In this document: in pieces, positions 56,175 through 64,000 of the stretch | Layout: each line of letters opens with the position of its first letter | Numbering within the stretch: position 1 is the first letter of the stretch | Origin: Vicugna vicugna | Taxonomy: Eukaryota | DNA: 64,000 nt | NCBI GenBank assembly: GCA_013265495.1 | Contig: MU058844.1 | Coordinates: 12,546,184 to 12,610,183 of the forward strand | Direction: 5' to 3' | Made by a program: the position numbers and the translations under genes | Notes under the pieces: model-generated | Seen by the model: the letters and a program-made list of their open reading frames with translations, nothing else | Told to the model about the DNA's origin: nothing | Database searches by the model: none

Positions 56175-57686
56175 GTAAGTGGCCCCGGGGCTGGACCCCC
56201 GGCAGAACTTGTGTGTCAGAAGCCCCAGCTGACCTCCTTCAGGAAGAACCTGTGGTTTTGTTAACAAACACGGTTTCAGCAGCACACGTGCTTTCTGGCT
56301 GCTGTCCTCCTGGGCACTGCACGTGCTCTGGCCAAGAGCAAGGACCGCAGGGGTGACCCCAGCTCGCAGCCTCCATTCGGACTTCCCTGTGTTTGTTGTC
56401 GTGTCTGTGTTCCTCCACTCCCCCAAGGGCTCAGAGTTGTGTTCGGCCTGGCACATCCTAGGGGCTCGGCTCTGATTTCCGGATGAACGGACTGCCCCGC
56501 TCCCAGCCCAGCTCTCTCTTGCTGTCCCGGCTCCTTCCCTTTGAAACCTCCTTGCCGGTTGCATGCTGCACGGTCAGTTGAAATTCAGATGTCTCGAAGT
56601 TCCAACCCGGTCTTCACTGGTAGTGAACATTCAGAGTTATTTCTTGTTGTCTATATCCTTAATTTGAGGGAAAGGAACTTAGGATGTGAACACCCCATAG
56701 CGGCGGTTTGGGAATTCCTGGTGTTTATAGATGGAGAATTACCAGAGTGTCTCACAGGCAGGAAGCAGGCCACCAAACAGCACATGCTGGTCTGCTCTGC
56801 TCGAAGGATGCTCAGTACCTGCTGAGGAGACAAAAGGAACAGGAGAGAGGCCCCCTCTCGCCTCTCCCTGCAGATTCGCTCTCAGGACGACTCAGCTGTC
56901 AGTCTTAAAACAGGAAGAGCAGCCACTTCAGTTAATCATCTTGTGATCCAAATGACAAAACTTTTCTTCAAGGATTTATGTGAGGCCCCCACCCATCCGC
57001 CTCTAGAGTAGTGTACAGTGAAAATGACTGTTAGAAACTGCATAGCTTAAAAATAAATTTGGTTACGCTAAAGAATAATCTTCAGAAAACACTTGCCTCT
57101 CAAATTTTCGTTGTCCGTCTCCCTCTGAGCACCAGCATTCAAGGCGTCTGGACCTTTTTATAGTTTAACTGCTCTGCACATGACCAGAAACAGACAACAA
57201 AGAATAAAAACACAACATGAATGTTTGCTCTGTGCGCCCGCATAACAGCTAGCATTTCTCAGATTTCATTTAACTATTTCTTCTCTTAGAAATTCTTTTT
57301 TTTTTTTTTTTTTTTTTTTAGGGAATCTCTTTTTCAGCAGCTTTGTAACCAAGAGAATATGTGAACAAAGAGGAAAAGCAAATACTGGAGAAACTGTGCT
57401 TAGTTTCCTCTAGGTTAAGCCATGATGTCTTCACCATAATAAAGTCAGTGTTTATTAAATGTCAGGTTCTTTACTGGTCATTTTTATTACTCCTTCCTAA
57501 TTATTTGTCTCTGCTGACCAACGCCTTTTAAGGAAATAACTTGGAGTAATTTGCAGACGTAGGAGAATTTTACTGCAGAGAAAAGGGACAAGGCCTGGGA
57601 GGAGGGCAGTCGTTCTGCAGTAAAATTTTCATATCCTTAAACTTCCTTTGGCTAATAGACATGAGTTTAAAAACAAACAGTATTTT

Positions 57687-57790
57687 TGGGGGGAGGTTAT
57701 AGCTCAGTGGTAGAGCGCATGTTTAACATGCACGAGGTCCTGGGTTCAATCCCTAGTACCTCCATTAAAAAAATTTTTTTCAAATAAAAA
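57687..57790 (+). mobile_element. tRNA-Ala-derived SINE (short vic-1 type) in CSRP2 intron 2
   Basis: ggggaggttatagctcagtggtagagcgcatgtttaacatgcacgaggtcctgggttcaatccctagtacctccatt plus an A tail. Pol III A and B boxes are intact. Confidence 0.85.
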
Positions 57791-58916
57791 GTTTTTATAT
57801 ATTATTGTCTATTAAGGATGTTTGTTGTAGAGCAGTGTAAAATTTTAGGTTAACTGTGTCTTTAAGAAAATGTATTTCAGCTACTTGAACCTCAACAGCA
57901 AGGTTCAAAAGTAGATGACGTCATTCTGTCCTACCAGCGGGGACGTCAGTCTGAGATAAAACTTCATCATCTAACTCTAAAGCAGCCACGAGTCACCTCT
58001 GCCCTTCTCCCCCCTCTGCCCCTCAGCCCTTCTCCCCCTCTTCCTCTTTTCATTTCTCCCACTCTTTTAAATAAGGGAGGGAGGATCTCCTTTTCTGCCA
58101 TCTTGATCTTGGATTTCCTGCTGCCCGATTGTGCTACCAGCGAGCTCTCTCCCGGGGCTTTCTTTCTCAAGCTTAATTGAAGTTTCAGAAAGTGAAATAA
58201 TGTCTGGATAAAACATGATGACATTTGGCAGTTTTATGAAGTGGGATACGTGGAAATGCCTTGTGGTAAGAAATCCATCAAGAAAGAATGTGTTCCCCTT
58301 TGGGATAGAAGAGAAAACAAATGCAGACTTTAAACCACTTGACGATTTTCATACATACTTGGTCCTGCTGGAGAAGCCGGTGGCGAGATGAAAGAATACT
58401 GCTTTTTCTCTTTGAGACTAGTGATGAAAACTTGAAATTCTGGATTTAAAACCGTTTTTATCCCAGGGGGTGCTTTGTGGGGAAGAGAGGCCGCAGACAC
58501 AGCTCTCCCAAGAGGCTCCTGCCCTTCTGTTGTTGAACAATACTTGGATGAAACAGTGGAGTGTTGAGGGTTGGGAGCAAGGGTCTGGGTGCAAAGTGTA
58601 GGTTTTGTTCCTTTTGTTCCGTAATTATAGCCATCTCTGAAACTTCTCTCCCTCCGGCCAGAGAGGCAGGTCATACTAAAAAGTTTGAGGCTTCAGGATG
58701 CTAAAATTCGGATGTATTTCTGGAACAACCAGAGGAAGTTAGAGGAAGGCAAATTGTCCTCAAAGGTAGCTGAGCCACCCAGATGCTGTCCCGGGGCTTT
58801 TGGGAACCACAGAATGAACCGGGAATATGAGAGAGCCTGTGCCAGGGCCACCATTGTTGTAAGGAGAAAGGCGTATTGGGCACCTGTTTACAAAGTCTCT
58901 CTTTCCCACCCCTCAG

Positions 58917-59085
58917 TGGTTTGCAGGAAAAATTTAGACAGCACAACGGTGGCAATCCACGATGAAGAGGTCTACTGCAAGTCCTGCTATGGGAAGAAGT
59001 ACGGGCCGAAGGGCTATGGGTACGGCCAGGGCGCCGGCACGCTCAGCATGGACCGTGGCGAGCGGCTGGGCATCAAGCCCGAGAG
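58917..59085 (+). CDS. CSRP2: CSRP2 exon 3 (end of LIM1 and first Gly-rich repeat)
   Basis: Acceptor cccctcag|TG. Encodes (M)[55 protein letters not shown]. Donor AG|GTGAGT, phase 2. Confidence 0.97.
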
Positions 59086-60882
59086 GTGAGTGAGGGCTGT
59101 GCCACCTTCGGAAATGAGTCGTAGCAACTCTTGTTGCTTGGTGAATGGGAATCTGGGTGTTTCCAGACTTCTAGCTTAAAATAATTGACACTTGGAGCTG
59201 ACGAGCATTCTTATTGATGATTCCGGTGATTTCTGGTCCTGGCTTGTGGCCTTCTGAGGTGTATGAGGGAGTCGTGATGTTCTCAGAAGCGAGTGGCTCA
59301 CATTTACTTCCGCTTCATAGCACTTCAAAGACCAGACATCACGAAGTCAAATGATTGAGAAAGTTAGTATCAGGGTCATGAGATGCATTTAAATCTCACG
59401 CGTAATGAAGCAGTGAAAATTCCTCGCTCACTCCGTCCATGTAAGAACAAGAACGTCTTCCCACCAAGAAATTACTTTTCTCTAGCTTGAAATTCTTACT
59501 TCTTGACCCAATAATTCCCTCCTTAGGACTTCACATTTTTCATATCCATTTTACATTGAAGAGGCCAAAATTGTTGTAATTAATACAATGGCCTTTCCTT
59601 GGACAAGACCATTAATTGTGCCTTTACTGTGGACTGGACACCATGCGGTAATCCACAGTAATTCATGTGATCCTCACTCCCTATGAGATGTTGCTCATCT
59701 CACTCAAGAATAAATTGAGACAGTGAGAATTAAGTCATTTGCCTAAAGTCACACCGTTAGTTAATTGTAGAGCCTGGAACTTAACCTAGTGTAACTCCAA
59801 AGCTTATGATCTTAGGCACAGTGCATTACGGTAAGCCTGAAATAATTATGTCTGCTGAACATTTATGTTCATTCTATGTAATCTTCACAGTGACTCTGAG
59901 TTTAGATACTTTGTCCCTGTCTTATAGATAGGACACTAAGGCTCAGGTCACCCAGATACATGGCAGAACCAGGATTTGAACTTCCATCCGTCTGGTCCCC
60001 AGACTCGTGCTCTTTCCGCTGCACCTCTCTGTCCTGCATTTTTTCCGGTCACTTTCTGAGCGTTGGTTCCTTGCGGTGCCTCAGTCGTATGAGGGCAGAC
60101 TCACTCCCTGCTGTGTGCTGGCACCTGCAGGAGCCCGGTTTACCTTGGACTTTGTTCAAGTTCATTGTTCTTGTTCTGCTCTCCTTTTCCAAGTTGTTAA
60201 AATCCATTCTTGTTTCCCAAGATTTTATTTGAAACCTTTCAAGACACATACACCTGTACACACTCCTCCCAAACAAAACCAGATTCATCCATTGCCTGAA
60301 AAGTGAATCGGTGGTTGCCATAGTTTTAAAAGACCGGTGGACCCTCTTCTCTATCTCCCTCTGCTTCTCCACCTTCTCCAGGGACTGGCCAGCCCTCTGT
60401 GCTGACCTGTGTCCATCTGTGCCCTTGCCTCTTCCCTTTCGAGCCTGGCCACATGCCACTCACCCTGCAGGACCGTGTAGGGAAGCTGTTCTTAATGAAC
60501 TCTGGGAGCACCTGTGGTCTGGACCGCCCTGTGTGGCAGGTGGTCATTACCGGGACCCAGCGATTTCAGGAGGGTCTCTTGAAGAGGCAGCATTTTCACC
60601 GAAGCCGACCTCCATTTTTTAGGTCAGGCTCACCAGTTTACTAATTCTCCAGCCCTTCAGCAAGTTATTTGACATCTAGGCCCCTGTTTCTTCTTCTGTC
60701 CTGTGAGGTAACAGTTAACCATACCTTAACGAGGTTGTCGGAAGGGAGGTAGGAGGTAATCCATATGAAGTTCTTCTCAGTATGATTGGCAGGTTTTGAA
60801 ATTTTTCTTGGGAAACTCATAACTGCAAGCATTGGATGTCATTATGAATAGCTCTTTAAAGATCACTTTTGAAAGTTAAGTA

Positions 60883-61197
60883 CAGGAGTCCCTTGGTATC
60901 TGCGGGGGATTGGTTCCAAATGGATACCAAAATCCAAGGATGCTCAGATCTCTTATATAAGACAGTGTAGTATCTGCATGTGACCTACACACGTCCTCTC
61001 AGGTATGCTGTCATCTCTAGATTACTTATAACATGTATTACAATGGAAGTGCTATGGAAATAGTTGCTGGTATGTGACAAATTCAGGTTTTGCTTCTTGG
61101 AACTTTCTGGAATTTTTTTCTTGAATATGTTTGATCCAAGATTGGATGAATCTATGGATGCAGAAGTCATGGGTAAAGAGGGCTGACTGGAGGTATA
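60883..61197. mobile_element. MER2-like TcMar-Tigger MITE in CSRP2 intron 3
   Basis: cccttggtatctgcgggggattggttcca...ataccaaaatccaaggatgctca...tcatctctagattacttata...gagggctgactg. Confidence 0.8.
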
Positions 61198-62384
61198 CAA
61201 TAGGTTGCGGAGTTTTTTTAAAAAATAGCCCCATATTAGGGACAATGGGAAAATCCAGTCCCATGAATTAGTACTGCGAATCGGTATTTGTTGCTTGGAA
61301 TAAAATTTCCAGTGGCCATGTCAAACATGATTCAAAAAATGATACATATTAACTTAGGTGAAAGTGTAGGAAACCATTAAATAACCAAAAAGTGGAGGTG
61401 CTCGAGATGAAGACATTGAAGGTACATGTGAAGAGTTTGATAAATTGCTTTATGAAAAGGCAGCATGTCTAAATTAATGTTTTAAGTATGTATGTAACAT
61501 CTAATAAAATCTAACTAGGACAAAAGTGTTTCTCTAGTAGGAAAAACTGACACCTCGCCACCTCTTGCTGAGTGCTGTTTTCTGTCATATCTTATCTACT
61601 CAACCTGCTTGTAAGGTTTTACAAGAGCCTTTAAATCTTTTCAAAGCCCAGAATGGTGTTCGGCATGGCAGGGTATACCTACATATTGAATGAAAAAACA
61701 TTACAGAAAGCGAGGAAAATATGGTTTACCTAGTGACCTGAAAATACTGATGAAAACAAGACTCTGCAGAGAAAAAGTAAAGATAAAAAGGTCACATAGT
61801 AATAGGCAGACTTTCTAAAATACTTTTGCGTGAAAAAAGTAATTTATTGACACTTTCCCCTAATGTCCTGCGAAATTAAGTGATCTGTAACACGTGCTTC
61901 AGTTTCTTAATTACTGTGTAGGCCATCTGACCTATTTGCAGAAACTTAACTGCTTCAGTTACCACTGATTTTTCTATCTCCTGTGAAGTAAAAAGCCAGC
62001 TGTGATTCCAGGGGTAATATGAATGATAATAATACTATGAATGTGGGGTGAAAATACGTGCCGTGGCAGGTTTTCATAAAGCACAGCATGATTGTTTAGT
62101 GGAGACGTTAGCACAATGGATTCTGATGAGTTTAGACTCAGAGGGCCACATATTTAAGTCTGGGGCCTAGTCTGTCTTTTTGTAACTACAGTGAGCCCAT
62201 TAACAGGTTAAAATAGTAACTGGCCCACCCCTGAGATTTCTTTCTTCTTTCTTCTTTCCCCTGCACTGGCCCGGAGGCCTCCAGCCTAGGGACGGGATAC
62301 CAGCGTTCCGACGTGCCTGCCTGTGGACTTACAATGATTCTTTGGAAAATTCTGCCTAATTCCTTTTTTCCTCTTTCCCACAAG

Positions 62385-62514
62385 TGTTCAACCTCACAGG
62401 CCCACAACAAATCCAAACACTTCTAAATTTGCTCAGAAATATGGAGGGGCTGAGAAGTGTTCCAGATGTGGGGATTCCGTATACGCCGCTGAGAAGATTA
62501 TTGGAGCTGGAAAG
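62385..62514 (+). CDS. CSRP2: CSRP2 exon 4 (linker and start of LIM2)
   Basis: Pyrimidine tract, then acceptor cacaag|T. Encodes (S)[43 protein letters not shown]. Donor AAG|GTGAGT, phase 0. Confidence 0.95.
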
Positions 62515-63205
62515 GTGAGTGCCGGCCTGAAGTAGTGACAGTGAATGACTTCACTCTCCACTCCCTTTCTCCCCCGACCCCTGCGCAGTCCACTCGGGGG
62601 CTCTGTCTTACAAACTTTTTCTTAATCCAATTTCCATCTGAATCATTCATTTTGTTTCCTATCTTCGTTTAAAAGGAACTTGTTTTCAGAGGTGGGGTTG
62701 CTTCCTGAAGGTTGTTCACTAAAAAGGCCAGGCTGTTTAACAGATCCGGACTCTGCAGGTTTTTCACTGTAGGAGGGAGGGGGGGGGGGGAAGGGGGGGG
62801 CGGGGGGCTCAGTGGGAGAGAGAGGGGGCAGTGAACTAGTCAGGACACCTGGTTTGGAAAAGTCGCTTCACCACTTCACCTCTTGGAGCTGCAGGGTTCT
62901 CGGCCATAAAGGAGGCAGTCTGTAGAGGAGCACGCTGGGCTTGCGGCGAGGTGTGCAACAGCAGCTAGGGAAGTGGCCCATCCGTGGTGCAGCTCCCAGT
63001 CCACATCCTCTGGAATGAAGTCTGAACTCAGCCCTTTGCAGGCAGCCAAGAATGTCGACACTGGAGGGGCCAGTTCAGTCTTCCGGTGGGGATGCTCTGC
63101 AGCAGTCAGGAGCTTGGGGGTCGATCTTCCTGAGCCACCTGCCACCACATCTAACCTGTCCTGCAGGAACACGGCCTCTCAGACTTCCTCATTTCTCTCT
63201 TCCAG

Positions 63206-63299
63206 CCCTGGCACAAAAACTGTTTCCGATGTGCCAAGTGTGGGAAGAGTCTTGAGTCAACCACTCTGACTGAGAAAGAAGGTGAAATCTATTGTAAAG
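63206..63299 (+). CDS. CSRP2: CSRP2 exon 5 (LIM2)
   Basis: Acceptor ctcttccag|CCC. Encodes [31 protein letters not shown]. Donor G|GTAAAA, phase 1. Confidence 0.97.
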
Positions 63300-63865
63300 G
63301 TAAAATTAATTTCAGTTATTGCTACCCAGATAAATATCCTGCATTGGCTACTAAAGAAGGAAATGTCACCAGCATAAAGCAAAAACAAAACCAAAAGTAC
63401 TCTGAAAATGAGGGAAAAGTAGGATAGTGCCACTGGGTATTTGAAAATACAAGATCTAGAGATGCTCACAAGATGAGAGGAAACCACAGAACATTTGTGA
63501 TGATAGTGAGTTAAGTTCCTGGTCCTGTAAAACTCCCCTACAAACACAATTTTCAACTTAATGTTTTAAGCAAAGCATGTGAATATACGAAGGTAGTAGA
63601 CAAACATACAACTCGCCTGACCTGATTTGCATACTTATAACCCAGTCAGGACCACGAACTGACTACTGTGGAACCAGAATGCCCGGACTTGCCTCTGCAG
63701 CTTTAAGACAGTTACTACCTGGCACATTTCACATTTTGAATAAGTTGAACTCTTTTTGGCATAGCCAGAGGTAGTTTTAATTTGTAGGGGTTTGTTGTTG
63801 GCCTTAAGCAGTGCTGCTGGCAAAGCTTAATGGACTTGTACCAATTCTTCCCTTTTCTTCTGTAG

Positions 63866-63942
63866 GATGCTATGCGAAGAACTTTGGGCCCAAGGGATTT
63901 GGCTATGGCCAAGGAGCAGGAGCCCTTGTCCATGCTCAGTAG
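63866..63942 (+). CDS. CSRP2: CSRP2 exon 6, coding part (second Gly-rich repeat and stop)
   Basis: Acceptor ttctgtag|GA. Encodes (G)[24 protein letters not shown], with TAG at 63940-63942. Confidence 0.97.
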
Positions 63943-64000
63943 AGGTGCAAACCCAGAATGGAGATCACACACTGAGAATCTCTGCAAAATCCAGGCACAG

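Larger units (their letters stand above)
47476..64000 (+). other. CSRP2: CSRP2 gene span (6 exons; the 3' UTR runs off the window end)
   Basis: The spliced CDS of 112+169+130+94+77=582 nt encodes [25 protein letters not shown]...[21 protein letters not shown]...[11 protein letters not shown]. This is 193 aa with two LIM domains, each followed by a Gly-rich repeat, and all introns are GT-AG. The TSS is approximate. Confidence 0.96.

Noticed and set aside
55757..56356. 199-aa ORF containing the CSRP2 N-terminus (possible extended isoform)
   Set aside because: It is read-through of intron sequence around exon 2. A strong acceptor lies just before the ATG and a GTAAGT donor follows codon 37, and the ORF starts at a non-ATG codon.
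57690..57765. Possible tRNA gene (also at about 43130-43200 and 9020-9095)
   Set aside because: Extra 5' G-run, imperfect acceptor stem, A-rich tails and TSDs on two of the copies show these are tRNA-derived SINEs.
58685..59089. 134-aa ORF covering exon 3
   Set aside because: Only 58917-59085 matches CSRP2. The upstream part is intron.

Overview
Mammalian genomic DNA, probably from a camelid: it carries three tRNA-Ala-derived SINEs of the vic-1 type. The right-hand 17 kb holds a complete, intact CSRP2 gene (cysteine and glycine-rich protein 2, two LIM domains) on the + strand. It has a CpG-island promoter, a non-coding exon 1 ending at 47549, and five coding exons (56063-56174, 58917-59085, 62385-62514, 63206-63299, 63866-63942) that splice GT-AG into 582 nt, or 193 aa plus stop. 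The left 47 kb is intergenic and rich in repeats (L1, L2, MIR, MaLR/ERV LTRs, hAT and Tigger fossils). It contains a disabled NACA processed pseudogene nested inside a hAT-Tip100 (Zaphod/MER91-type) transposase fossil. I found no evidence for a wholly new biological system. The most interesting observations are: two adjacent LTR-element transcripts that look retroposed by L1 (poly(A) plus TSD); an 84-bp near-perfect templated copy taken from 2.5 kb away; a sharp GC3 split inside CSRP2 that suggests local GC-biased gene conversion; an in-frame alternative acceptor in exon 4; and several candidate SRF/MEF2/TEAD/AP-1/CRE-Smad regulatory modules. Repeat family names come from recalled consensus sequences, and repeat boundaries without a TSD are approximate.
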